A DNA stretch of 64,000 nucleotides from Okamejei kenojei (Eukaryota). Shown piece by piece: positions 37,722-49,389 of this stretch (position 1 is its first letter; every line of letters begins with the position of its first letter). Position numbers and translations under genes: made by a program. Below the pieces are notes generated by a model. That model was not told the origin of the DNA, did not search any database, and saw only the letters and a program-made list of their open reading frames with translations. The stretch is taken from NCBI GenBank assembly GCA_035221665.1, contig CM069161.1:18352001-18416000 (forward strand), in the 5' to 3' direction.

Positions 37722-38665
37722 AGATAGACACAAAATGCAGGAGTAGCTCAGAGGGACAGGCAGCATCTCTGGTGAAAAGGAATGGGTGACGTTTCGGGTC
37801 GAGGGGGGAGGGGATGGAGGGAGAGAGAAAGCTAGGGCTACTTGAAGTTAGAGATGTCAATGTTCACATCGCTGGGGTGTAAGCTACCCAAGCAAAATAT
37901 GAGCTGCTGTTCCTCCAATTTGCGCTGGGCCTCACTCTGACAATGGAGGAGGCCAGGACAGAATGGGAGGGGGAGTTAATGTGTTGAGCAGCCGGGAGAT
38001 CAGGTGGGTTTAGGTGGACTGAGCGGAGGTGTTAAGCAAAATGATCGCCGAGCCTGCGCTTGGTCTCACCGATATATAGGAGTCCACACCTGGAACAGCA
38101 GATACAGTAGATGAGTTTGGAGGAGGTGCAAGTGAATCTCTGCCTCACCTGAAAAGACTGTCTGAGTCCTTGGACGGAGTCGAGGGAGGAAGTATAGGGA
38201 TATGTGTTGCATCTCCTATGGTTTCAGGGGAAAGTACCTGGGGAGGGGGTGATTTGGGTGGGAAGGTGTGGAAAGCGGAAAGGGAAGATGTGGCTACTAG
38301 TGGGATCTCTTTGGAGGTGGTGAAAATGTTGGAGGATTATGTGCTGTATGCAATGGCTGATGGGGTGTAAGGTGAGGACAAAGGCGACTCTGTCCGTGTT
38401 ACGAATGGGGGGGAGGGGGAGCAAGAGCAGAGCAGATCGAGGAGACCCTAGTGAGGGACTCATCTATAATGGAAAAGGGAACCCCTGTTCCCTATAGAAT
38501 GAGAACACCTCCGATGACCTGGTATGGAACACCTCATCTTGGGCACAGATGTGGCACAGACGGAAGAATTGGGAGTAGGGTATAGAGTCTTTATAGGAAG
38601 CAGGGTGGGGAAAAAATGTAGTCTAGGGACTCAGTGGGTTTATAATAGATGTCATTTAGATAGCT
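37722..38665 (-). mobile_element. Second Penelope-like GIY-YIG 3' fragment (decayed)
   Basis: Colinear with 10805-11760 (CCGAGCCTGCGCTTGGTCTCACCGAT; RVAFVLTLHPISHCIQHIILQHFHHLQRDPTSSHIFP). Confidence 0.85.
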
Positions 38666-38874
38666 AATCTCATCTGCACGTGATCCTGTACATTTTTGGA
38701 GTGTGGGAGGAAACCGGAGCGCCCGCAGAAAACCCACACGGGTCACGGCGAGAATGTATAAACTACGTACGGACAGCACCTGTAGTCAGGATCGAGCCCT
38801 GGTCTCTGGCGTTGTAAGGCAACTCTACTGCTGCGCCACCATACTGCTCCATCTGTGCCAATATCCTCAATGTT

Positions 38875-39352
38875 CTCATAGACTCATAGATACAGTGTTT
38901 AAACAGGCCCTTCGTCCCAACTTGCCCACACAGGCCAACATGTCCCAGCCACATTAGTGTCACCTGCCTGCGTTTGGTCCATATCCCTCCAAACCTGTCC
39001 TATCCATGTACCTGTCCAACTGTTTCTTAAATGTTGCGATTGTTCCAGCCTCTACTACCTCTTCTGGCAGCTTGTTCCCTACATCCACCACCCTTTGTGT
39101 AAAAACGTTACTCCTCAGATTCCTATTAAATCTTTTCCCCCTCGCCTTAAACCTATGTCCTCTGGTCCTTGATCCATCTATCCTGGGCAAGAGGCTCTGT
39201 GCATCTACCTGATCTACTCCTCTCATGATTTTATATACCTCTCTAAGATCACCCCTCATCTTCCTGTTCTCCAAGGAATATTCCTAGCCCACTCATCCTC
39301 TCCCTATAGCTCAGACCCACTATTCATGGCAACATCCTTGTAAATTCTCTCG
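38875..39352 (-). mobile_element. CR1 LINE 3' fragment (preceded by an HE1 SINE part at ~38680-38845)
   Basis: ORF 38960-39274 MRGDLREVYKIMRGVDQVD...FTQRVVDVGNKLPEEVVEAG. Confidence 0.85.
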
Positions 39353-39769
39353 TGATCTTTCTCCGCTCTGCTTTGCTAAAGTGGCAGAACTCTTCTGTTT
39401 GTAGTGTGGTGGTGGAAGCTAATTTCCATGTATCAGATCCAATTGATTCAAATCCCAGCATTGTTGTCATGTATTTTTAAAATTGAAAGACTTTAGATGT
39501 TGCAATTGAAGGCCTGTGTACAACAATGTCTTTGTGCCACATATCACTTCAGATTACTTTTGTGTGAGACGGAAAATCATTTGCTTTGCGATTCATGGAG
39601 TTAATCTAGTTGAAGCTATTAAAGTCTTGACACATGGCCGAATTAAACTGTACACTGTTTACAGAGCTGTGTCTCATTGAATCAACGAATCATAGAGCCA
39701 TTCAGTGCAGACGCAGGTCAACTGGCCACCATGTCCATGACAACCTTTGAGCAGCTCCCTCTACTAATC

Positions 39770-40750
39770 CTCAAGTCAGTCGAGTTTATAAGCGTGAGGT
39801 GTTGTATTTTGGGAAGACAGGATCAAAGCACATGGTCCTGTGTGGATCTACTTCTGACCTCACAGTGAAGGGTAGGCCTTGGGGAGTGTTGTAGAGCAGA
39901 GGAATCCAGAACAGCAAGTACATAGTTCCCAAAGCGTGGTGTTAAAGGGTGATAGGGTAATGAAGAAGGCTTTAGGCGTGCTGATCTTTATCAGCCAGGG
40001 AAGTGAGTTTAGAAGTTGGGACATTATTTTACAGTTGTACAAGATGTTGGTGCGGTCACACTTGCAGAATTGTGTTCAGTTGTGATCATCCAGCTATAGC
40101 AAAGATGCCATTAAGCTGGAAAGAGTGCTTAGAAGGTTTACAGTTGACAAAGACTTGAGGGCCAGAGCAATAGGGAAGGGATGGGAAGGCTAGGACTATA
40201 TATTCCTTGGTCTGCGGGAGGCTAAGGGGTGATCTTATAGGGGGTATAAATTTATGCAGGGAATAGATAGGGTGAATGGGCAGAGTATTTTACCCAGGAT
40301 AGGGCGATCAAGAATTAGGGAACATAGATTTACGGTGAGAGGGGAAGGATTTGTTAGGGCAACCTTTTCACACAGAGGGTGATGGGTGTATGGAACGAGC
40401 TGTCAGAGGAGGTAGTTGGGGCAGGTGCAATAGCAACATAAACCCACTGCCGCGTGGGTTTTCTCTGGATGCTCCGGTCTCCGCCCACACTCCAAAGATG
40501 TACAGGTTTGTAGGTTAATTGATTTCAGAAAAATTGTAATTTGTTCTTTGTGTGTCGGACAGTGCAAGTTTAGATGATCGCTGGTCAGAGCGGACTCAGC
40601 AGGCTGAAGGGCCTGATTCCGCACTGTATGTCTAAAGTAAAGTAAAATTAAAAGACCTTTGGACAGGAAATGGATAAGAAAGGTTTAGTGGGATATGAGC
40701 CAAACATAGGTAAATGGGACTATCTTAGATCAGACATCTGGATTGGCATG
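39770..40750 (+). mobile_element. CR1 LINE fragment interrupted by a 5'-truncated HE1 SINE (~40444-40646)
   Basis: VMKKALGVLIFISQGSEFRSWDIILQLYKMLVRSHLQNCVQL; V-domain insert. Confidence 0.8.
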
Positions 40751-41549
40751 GAATCGAGACAATTCCCTGAGTTAACCAAGCTGCTGTGTCTGCCTTGAGA
40801 AAGCATGAAAAGTACTCTGTCCCGATGTGTGACAAGAAATATTTATGCCACAGAAATATGAGTAATGACCAAATCATCCAAACGAAACTCTGACCTCCTA
40901 TCATTAACCATCACCAGTGGCAGAAACACTGAGTCACTCACCATGATATCCTGGGGACACCCCTAACACTGTGGATAAAAGAACAGTCAGCGTCTGAAGA
41001 TGGGTTCCGACCCAAAATGGCGTCTGTACATTCCCTTCTTCGATGTGTTTTGCTCAGGATTCCAGCATCTGCATTTTCTCATGACTCCATTTTTGCTTCT
41101 CCATCATTTCCTGACTCTCCATCTTCCTCAAAGGCACAAGTTTGGTGCTTGATGGACCCACTTGCCTGGATGAACGAACACCGAAGAAGATGACCACTAC
41201 CCAGGAAGAAGCAATCTGACTGAATTATGCCACATCACCGCTGTAAGAGTGGTAATGTTTAAAGGAGATGTGCGGGACAAGTTTTTTTTACACAGAGAGT
41301 GGTGGGTGCCTGGAACGCGCTGCCATTGGTGGTGGTGGAGGCAGATTCAACAGTGGCATTTAAGAGGCACTGAGATAGGCACATGGATATTGGAGGGATA
41401 CGGGTCATGTCTGGTAGAGGTGATTAATTTTATTGGGCACAATGTGCTTAGCATGGATGCTGTGGGCTGATGGGCCAGTTTCTGTGCTATGCTGTTCTGT
41501 GTTCTCCACCAAAAACACTGTAGAAGTGCCTTCTTCAGAAAGACGGCAA

Positions 41550-42074
41550 AGGGCCTGTCCCACCAGCATGCGACTCCATGCGGTGAGCGCGACCTAACGT
41601 GGTCGCTTGAGCCGTCCGGCCTCGCGGGGCCGGTCCCACTTCGATCGCCGGAGCCATATGGAGTTGTGCGGAGCTGGTCCCGACATCGCGCAGGGCTCCG
41701 AAAAACTGACCGTGTTCAAAAGTTCCACGCGGCAACGGCCTGTCGGCCCGCAGCCGCCTCGACGCATTACGCATCACGCATCACCTCAACATCGTGCCTC
41801 CATGCCCCTCTCTGTGTGCCTCCGTGCCCCTCTCTGTGTGCCTCTGTGTCTCTGTGTGTCCCTCTCTGTCCTTGCGAACTTACCGCGGATTTTGCTCCAA
41901 CTTCGCGCCACTTCGCGCCACTCACCAGACCTCCACGTGGCCCCCGCTGCCGGTTTGGTCGCGCATGCTGGTGGGACCGGCCCTGTACGGGGATCACTCA
42001 ACCTCTGCGCGGCCCCCGCTTCCAGTTTGGTCGCGCTTGCCGCATGCAGGTCGCATGCTCGTGGGACAGGCCCT
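41550..42074. mobile_element. PIF/Harbinger-like non-autonomous transposon, GC-rich
   Basis: TIR AGGGCCTGTCCCAC / GTGGGACAGGCCCT; flanks CAA/TAA; internal duplicate of the right end at ~41930-41985. Confidence 0.75.
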
Positions 42075-43553
42075 TAACAGTTTAAGAATGCACATCAACA
42101 TCACGTTCTCAAGGGACAATAGATAAATAGACAATAGACAATAGGTGCAGGAGTAGGCCATTTGGCCCTTTGAGCCAGCACCGCCATTCAATGTGATCAA
42201 AGGTCCTAATTGATTTATTTTCCTGTAATGACCAATTTCAACGTGAATAAAAGGTTGCAAATCTGAGAGCAACAACATGGAATATCCAGCTGTATTATTT
42301 TAAACACCGTTTAAAGTGATATTTGTGTGTCCTGCGTCTTATTTTGTTTTATATCCCTGATATAACATACCACTTATTTAATTCAAAAGATGGCACGCAC
42401 TGGTGCACTGATAACAAATGGATTGTCGCACTGAGTCACTGAATCACACAGCACCAAAACAGGCATTTCAGCCGGACTCTTCGGTGCTGACCAAAATACC
42501 CCATCTCAGGGAGACCCATTGCTTGTGTTTGCTTACATCTCTCCTCTCCATGTACCCATCCAAATGCATTTTAATTGTTGATATAATATGCATCAACTAG
42601 CTCGTTCCATATACTCACCACCCTCTATGTGAAAAGGTTGCTCCTCGGGTTCATATTAAATCTTTCCTCTTGCACTTAGAAACATAGAAAATAGGTGCAG
42701 CAGTAGGCCATTTGGCCCTTCGGTCATTCAATATGATCATTCAATATGACCATGGCTGAACATCCAAAATCAGTACCCCATTCCGGCTTTTTCCCTATAT
42801 CCCTTGATTCCCTTAGCCCTAAGAGCTAAATCAAACTCTCTCTCTTTAAGCCCACTGGTTCTTGATTTCCCTATCGTGGAGATTATAACTCTTTGTATTC
42901 ACCCTATCTATTCCCCTCATGATTTTATACAACTATAGAAGATTACCCCTCAGCCTCCTGCACTTTAGTAGTTTTCTTAAATGCTACTGGGAGTTTCACT
43001 GAGATCTCTTTTACTTTTTATGCATGTTCATCATTGAATAGTGATTAATTCTGCAGCACTGTGTGGAACAATCACTCAGTAGCTATAGCAACAAATATTC
43101 CTTCAGATCTTAGTTCAAATGCTAATACTTCTGTTTTTATTGCTTGCACCATGAAACAATACATTGTTCGTACTTTGACACCTACGATATCATTATCTGA
43201 AATGGGAAAAGGCTTCAGATTGGCTGCTATTTGACAGTGCACTACAGAGGCAAGTGCAGTCTCAGTGTTTGTGTGATCTTTGATAGAATGTACCTTATGA
43301 TGTCCCATTGGAATCAGGCACTCTCATCTCTCCAATATTACCAAGCATGTACTCATTTTTCTTGTCTTTTGATCTACAAATACAGAAGAGATGGATAAAT
43401 CATTTACTCTCATGAATCAGATCGTGCCGCTCTGAATCCGGTTGTCAGAGGATGCGAGGGGGATTTGATTAAAAGATTGATTGAAAGATACAGCATGGAA
43501 AAAGACCCTTCAGCCCATCAAGTTCACGCCAACCATCCTTCACCATTAATTAT

Positions 43554-43841
43554 AGTTCAGTTTAGTTTAGTGCTGCAGCGTGGAAACAACTTCTTTGGCC
43601 CACCGATTCCGCGCTGACCAGCAATCCCTACGTACTATCCTACACACACACTAGAGACAATTTATCATTTTAGCAAGCCAATTAACACGTCTTTGGAGGA
43701 AACGGGAGATCCCGGAGAAAACCCAGGCAGGTCACCGGGAGAACGTACAAGCTCCGTACAGACAGCGCCGGTAGACAGGGTCGAACCCGGGTCTCTGGCG
43801 CTGTAAGGCAGCAACTCTACCGCTGCACCACCATGCCACCC
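43554..43841 (-). mobile_element. HE1-type V-SINE, near full length
   Basis: TTTAG tail to tRNA head (GGGTCGAACCCGGGTCTCTGGCGCTGTAAGGCAGCAACTCTACCGCTG). Confidence 0.85.
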
Positions 43842-44377
43842 AACTGTTCACATGGATTCTATATTATTCCACTTTCACATCCACTCTTCACACGCCAGGG
43901 GTTGCTTGATCATTTATTCATAGAGAGATACAGCAAGGAAACTAAACAACCCTTTGGTTCACTGAGTCCACGCTGACCATACATTTACACTTATCCCACA
44001 CTCATCTAATCCTTCTTTATTCTCTTCATATTGTCAAGAATTCTCTCTGGATTCTACCAATCACCTACACAAAAAGGACAATTTTAAAGCAGCCAATGAA
44101 CCTACTGACCTTCGAGCCTTTGCGATGTGAGGGGAAACCAGAGCACCTGGGAAAACCCACGCAGTCATAGAAAGAGCTTGCTATCACCACACAGTCAACA
44201 CCTGAGGTCAGGATCAAAACCGGGTCCCCTCACTGCAAGTCAGTGGCTTCTACAGGTAGTACCACTGTGCTGTACCAGTAGTAAATGGGTTCCTTTTCTT
44301 GGCTTCAGTTTGCTGCTGTTGTACTATTGTCTGTACGCGAGAGCTTTCTGGGGTGCAAGGATTGCCCCGGAGACTTA

Positions 44378-44505
44378 AGGGTCTGTCCCACTTGGGCGTC
44401 ATTTGCGCGTCACGCAGGCGCGTCACGCACGTGCGTCATGCATCGTAACGCGTAAATTATGTTGTGTAAATGACGCGCAAATGACGCCCAAGTGGGACAG
44501 GCCCT
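44378..44505. mobile_element. 128-bp PIF/Harbinger (Tourist-type) MITE
   Basis: ~36-bp inverted arms AGGGTCTGTCCCACTTGGGCGTCATTTGCGCGTCA / TGACGCGCAAATGACGCCCAAGTGGGACAGGCCCT; exact TTA TSD (44375-44377, 44506-44508). Confidence 0.85.
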
Positions 44506-44544
44506 TTAAGCACAAAAACCTGAGCAGACGCTGTGGTGAATTGT

Positions 44545-44830
44545 TGAGAGACTGCACACTACTTCTAAGGGTGCCTCCATTCAGATGAAATGTTAAACCA
44601 AGGATGGATAACCCCCCCCAGGTCAATGCACAACATCTCATGGCACTAATTTGAAGAACAGCAGGGCTATCGTCCCTCATGTTCCAGCCAATAATTATCT
44701 GCCAGTTGACATAATTAAAACAAATTATCTGGTCATTAAATCTAGCTATTCACTGGGGGGCAAATTGCTTTCTGCACTTCCTACTTTATTATCGTCACTG
44801 CATTCAGGATATAATTCAATAATAGTGGAA
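44545..44830 (+). mobile_element. Degenerate Deu-domain SINE (SacSINE1/AmnSINE-related)
   Basis: GGTGCC..TTCAGATGAAATGTTAAACC...CTCATGGCACTAATTTGAAGAACAGCAGGG...AAACAAATTATCTGGTCATTA, recognised from memory as Deu-domain landmarks. Confidence 0.6.
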
Positions 44831-44883
44831 AGCTTGGAAAATTGAAAGGCTGCAAAAATCCTTGTATACATCTACATCTTTTG

Positions 44884-45195
44884 TGGCACGGTGGCACAGC
44901 GATAGAGTTGCTGCTTTACTGTGCCAGAGACCCGAGTTCAATCCCGACTACGGGTGCTGTCTGCATGGAGTTTGTATGTTCTCCCTGTGACCGAGTGGGT
45001 TTTCTCCGAGCTCTATGGTTTCCACCCACACTCCAAAGACGTACAGGTTTGTAGGTTAATTGGCTTGGTATAAATGTGAATTGTCCCTGGTGTGTGTAGG
45101 GTAGTGTTAATGTGCAGGGATCGCTGGTCGGTGTGGGCTCGTTGGCCAAAGGGCCTGTTACCGTGCTCTATCTTTAAACTAAACTAAACTAAACT
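44884..45195 (+). mobile_element. HE1-type V-SINE, full length
   Basis: tRNA head GGCACGGTGGCACAGCGATAGAG...GAGTTCAATCC, V-domain, CR1-like tail ending (CTAAA)n. Confidence 0.9.
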
Positions 45196-45747
45196 TTTCA
45201 TCTGCCCCTTCTTGAAGTACCTTGGCTGCAACAGTGAACCTAGCCCAAGTTATTAAGATTCTGGTGGTTGTTATAATATCTGAAAGTAGTTGAATCTGTC
45301 TTTCTCTTGCAAAGTTGTCAATACTTTCCTTACTTTGGGGTTTATTAAAATCAAACATTAAGTGCAAAAGGCAATGAAGTCTAACAATAAAATTGTATTG
45401 GACTATTTCTCTGTATCCCTTAAAGCTGCTTCAAATAGCAATTGGGTCATTAATGAGGACCCAATGCTTGCTTCCAATCCAGCCTATTGCTTAATGCAAT
45501 TGCAAATCTCAGCCTTGGTTAACTTTGCAGATATTCCTTGTGGCATTTTGGAAGGGGTTGAAACCACAGTAGTTGAAAGATCCAGTGATCTTGTCTACAA
45601 ACAGACCTTGCTTTGGTCATTGGTAGCAGACGGACTGCAGAAGGGGATACGACTCTGTGAGAGCCATCTTGTAGACATAGTGTTCCTTTATCTTTATGTG
45701 GTAATCCGAGAGCACGTCGATCCAACCGGGACCTGACTGGGACTCTA

Positions 45748-46180
45748 GGTGTTGGAAGGAACGGCAGATGCTGGTTTAAACTGAAGGTGGACACAAAAAG
45801 CTGGACTAACTCAGTGGGTCAGGCAGCATCTCTGAAGAAAACGAATAGGTGACGGTTTGGGTCGAGACCCTTCTTCAGACTGAGAGTCAGGGTAAAGGGA
45901 AATGAGAGATATGTAGATCGTGATTTAGAAAGACATAGAACAAATGGATGAAATACATGCAAAAAGTAACAATGATCAGGGAAAGGTGGAGCCCACAATG
46001 TTCCATTGTTGGCTGTGGGCTAGGTGATAACGAGTTATACAGCCAGTGAAATTCAACAGGATGACAGTGAAACTAGAACAATAACTTAGGTGGGGGAGGG
46101 AAGGAGAACGAGGGTATGCAAGGGTTACTTAAAGTTAGTGAATCAATATTTATACCACTGGGTTGCAAGCTGTCCAAACT
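45748..46180 (-). mobile_element. Penelope-like 3' end (pLTR, UTR and last codons of the ORF)
   Basis: pLTR at 45748-45882; GGGTTACTTAAAGTTAGTGAATCAATATTTATACCACTGGGTTGCAAGCTGTCCAA matches the ORF end at ~10995-11050. Confidence 0.7.
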
Positions 46181-46544
46181 GGGAAGGTGTTGGGTTTGGC
46201 TGCGAGAACAATGGGGGGGGGGGGGGGGGGGAGCTAAGTCTCCGAAGTGTGAAGGGTATTACCATTGCATTGAATGGTTTGAGCCCTTGCATTCAATTTT
46301 CAAATGCATAATCATATACACAAAGTAGAATTGCTGAGGGGTTCAATGGCACATTGCTATGTAATGAGATAGAATTAATTCCAAGGAGAATTCTGATGAG
46401 GACCATTTCTAGGTCTTCCCTGCATCACTTCATGAAGTTGGCCAGGCTCTTCCTGGTACGGGTCACCCTTATGCACCTGATGTGATTATATCATTGCCCA
46501 TGCCACGGCCCTTGTGGAGCACCATTGGCCACTCCTAGGAGAAC

Positions 46545-46932
46545 AAGGTCTACTTAAAGCAAAGCTGAATCGAGGGGGCGATATTCTAGAGATATCCAAA
46601 ATCATGAGAACAATAAATGCACAGTTTTTCGCCCAGGGTAGGAGAATCGAGAACCAGAGGACGTAGGATTAAGGTGAGGTGGGGAAAGATGAAATAGGAA
46701 CCTGAGGGGTAACTTTTTTTAACGAGGGTTATAGCTGTATGGAATGAGGTGCCAGAGGAGGTAGTTGAGGCAACATTTAAGGAGCATTTAGATAGGTTCG
46801 TGGATAGGATAGATTTAGAGGGATATGGGCCAACCGCAGGCTAGTGGGATTAATGTAGATGGAGCTTGTTGGTGGGAGTGGGCAAGTTGGGCTGATAAGC
46901 CTGTTTCAGCGCTGCACGACTATATGACTCTG
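46545..46932 (+). mobile_element. CR1 LINE 3' fragment
   Basis: GAGAATCGAGAACCAGAGGAC...GGAATGAGGTGCCAGAGGAGGTAGTTGAGGC...GACTATATGACTCT. Confidence 0.7.
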
Positions 46933-48822
46933 TACTCAGGAAACTCCAAGAAAAATCCCAGCCTTTGACTTTCACCCCCTGATCCAGCAATCTCTTGGGG
47001 GCTGCAATAATGGCCCCAACTTCCAACCCCTACCAATTAGCATGTTGTTACCATATCATAGACTACGAATGCCCTCTCCACCATACAATGGGTCCACACT
47101 CTGACAGTTCTCACCCTGCCCCTCTCAATACAAGTGACACTCGCCACAGAGGATCTTTAACTAAACCTCTGCTGCATTGCCTACCCAGCTCAACTATTTC
47201 GGATAGGTACATGGATAGGAAAGGTTTAGAAGGACAAAGGGTGGTGTGTGTATGGAATGAGATGCTGGACGAGGTAGTTGAGGCAGGTACTATCGCAACG
47301 GTTAAGCATTAAGATAAGTACATGGATAGTATAGGATTAGAGGCATATGGGCCAAACGCAGGCAGGCGGGACTAGTGTAGATAGGGCACCGTGGTTGGCA
47401 TGAATAAGTTGGGCTGAAGGACCTGTATCCGTGCTGTATGTGAATTTGTGGACGATATACTATTGAGGTGTTGCACCCTCAGTGTATGCAACTTTTGAAC
47501 ACGCGCTCTTCGAGTGAAAGATATGCCCAACGGGTGTAAAGATGATTAATTAGCCTGTCCGTCACGTCTGGTGACCACAATGCTATAAATTACTGAGTTC
47601 AATTTAATGCACCTACTTTATATGCAGCAGCTCACCACATTTTTCTGAAGGAGCTTACTTCATTGTATTTGGTGAAATAGCTGCAGGTTCTTTGATATTC
47701 TCACCTTCTTTCTTCACATTTTGTGATTGACTTTACTTTGGGAACAGTGTGATCTTTTTACTGCGGTTCAGACACCCATCATGCCTGTTTCCAGCTCAGC
47801 AATTGATGTTCGAAGTAAATTCATCACAATGGCAGCAATAGCAGCAGAACAGGAACCCAGCGCATCTTTATCTGTCACACGAATTGAGGCGGTGTAGATG
47901 AATCCTTATGAACACAGAATGTCTTTTTCAACATGAACACTCTCTCAATATCAAAATGATTATATTGTAGCTTGGTTTTGTCACTTATCCCTGTTGAAGA
48001 CTGCGTAAACCTGACAATGACACCCTTAATTTGGAAAAGTAGACACCAAGTGCTAAATGCATCCCTGGAGAACCTGGACAGGTGACGTTTCTGGTCAGGA
48101 TCCTTCTTTAGAAGGTTTCTACCTTTACCTGGTCTACATGAAACTAGTCAACAGAGTCTAATTTGTTGACGTCAATAACAGACGTCAATAAGCCTAATGT
48201 TTTAGATAATTTGACTTATTCAGTAACTATGTTTGCGTTAGGTATTTAGAACATTTAATTTGACACTGCAGAAGCAGCTCATCCATTAAAATTCCAATTT
48301 AAAATACTATAGTTTAGAACAAAACCTATTTTGCTGAGAAATAATTCATTATGATGTTGTTTAATTTTACATTTTATCTCAAAGCCTTCATTGCATGATT
48401 TTCTTGTGGGAAATAAATTTCAGTTCATTATCCATGATGGCAGAAAGGACGTTAACTGCAATTCTAATCGTCATTCAATCTTAATAATGATCTTTCAAAA
48501 TTAAGCAAGTGAGCTGTAATGAACTGGTTAAAGGGTGTGAATGTGGAAAATGTATTTACAGTAATTTATCTTCGGTTGCTACATCCGTGCAATGCTCTGA
48601 TTAGTTCCTATCTTGAGCACCCTCTACAAGGCTTCATTCAATTTTAGAGTCGTAGTGACTTAGCTCATATCAGAGAGAGTCATTTAGTCAGAGAGCTGTG
48701 CAGTACAGAAATGGGCCCTTCATCCCACCTTGTCCAAGCAACAAAACTGGCACACTGGGCTTGTCCATTTGCCTGCACAGCCCATAGCCCTCTTAACCCT
48801 TCCTATCCATATACCTGTCCAG

Positions 48823-48920
48823 GGTACACAAAAGGCTGGAGAAACTCAGCGGGTGCAGCAACATCTAAAGAGCGAAGGAGATAGGCGACGTTTCGGGTCG
48901 AGACCCTTCTTCAGGGTCTT
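48823..48920 (-). mobile_element. 98-bp Penelope-terminal insertion with intact hammerhead core and 15-bp TSD
   Basis: TSD CATATACCTGTCCAG (48808-48822, 48921-48935); minus strand CTGAAGA-AGGGTCTCGACCC-GAAACGTC. Confidence 0.85.
48887..48914 (-). ncRNA. Minimal type I hammerhead ribozyme core (predicted)
   Basis: CUGANGA, extra A, stem II GGGU(C)/(G)ACCC, GAAA, palindromic ACGU in place of stem III, UC cleavage site. Confidence 0.6.
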
Positions 48921-49389
48921 CATATACCTGTCCAGATCTTTTAAAAGTCGCAATTGCATCTGCTTCGATATCTTCCTCGGATATGGATCCCAGATATGGA
49001 TTACCCCCTGCGTGGAAAAGGTTCTCACTGATGTCCCTCTTATATCTTCCCCCTCTCATCATTAGCCTATGCCCTCTCATTTGAAAATCCTCTACTCTGG
49101 GGAGACTATGACTGGTCACTTTGTGCATGCCCCTAATGATCTTGTACCCTCAGCCTGGTCTAGTATATATGGAAATGGAAAATGTTGCCCAGCAAGTTAG
49201 GTGGCATCTGTGAAGAGAGGGCAAAATAAAGTTGCCATGGGAATCTCTGTCATCTTGTGCTGTCACCCCATTGCCATTTGTCATTAACATAGAAACATAG
49301 AAACATAGAAATTAGGTGCAGGAGCAGGCTATTTGGCCCTTCGAGCCTGCACCGCCATTCAATATGATCAATGCTGATCATCCAACTCA

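Noticed and set aside
41489-42126. Cluster of overlapping GC-rich ORFs
   Set aside because: Inside a Harbinger-like MITE; low stop-codon density from GC content, no recognisable domain
44884-44955. tRNA gene
   Set aside because: tRNA-derived SINE head continuing into V-domain and LINE tail; the same applies to the other A/B-box hits
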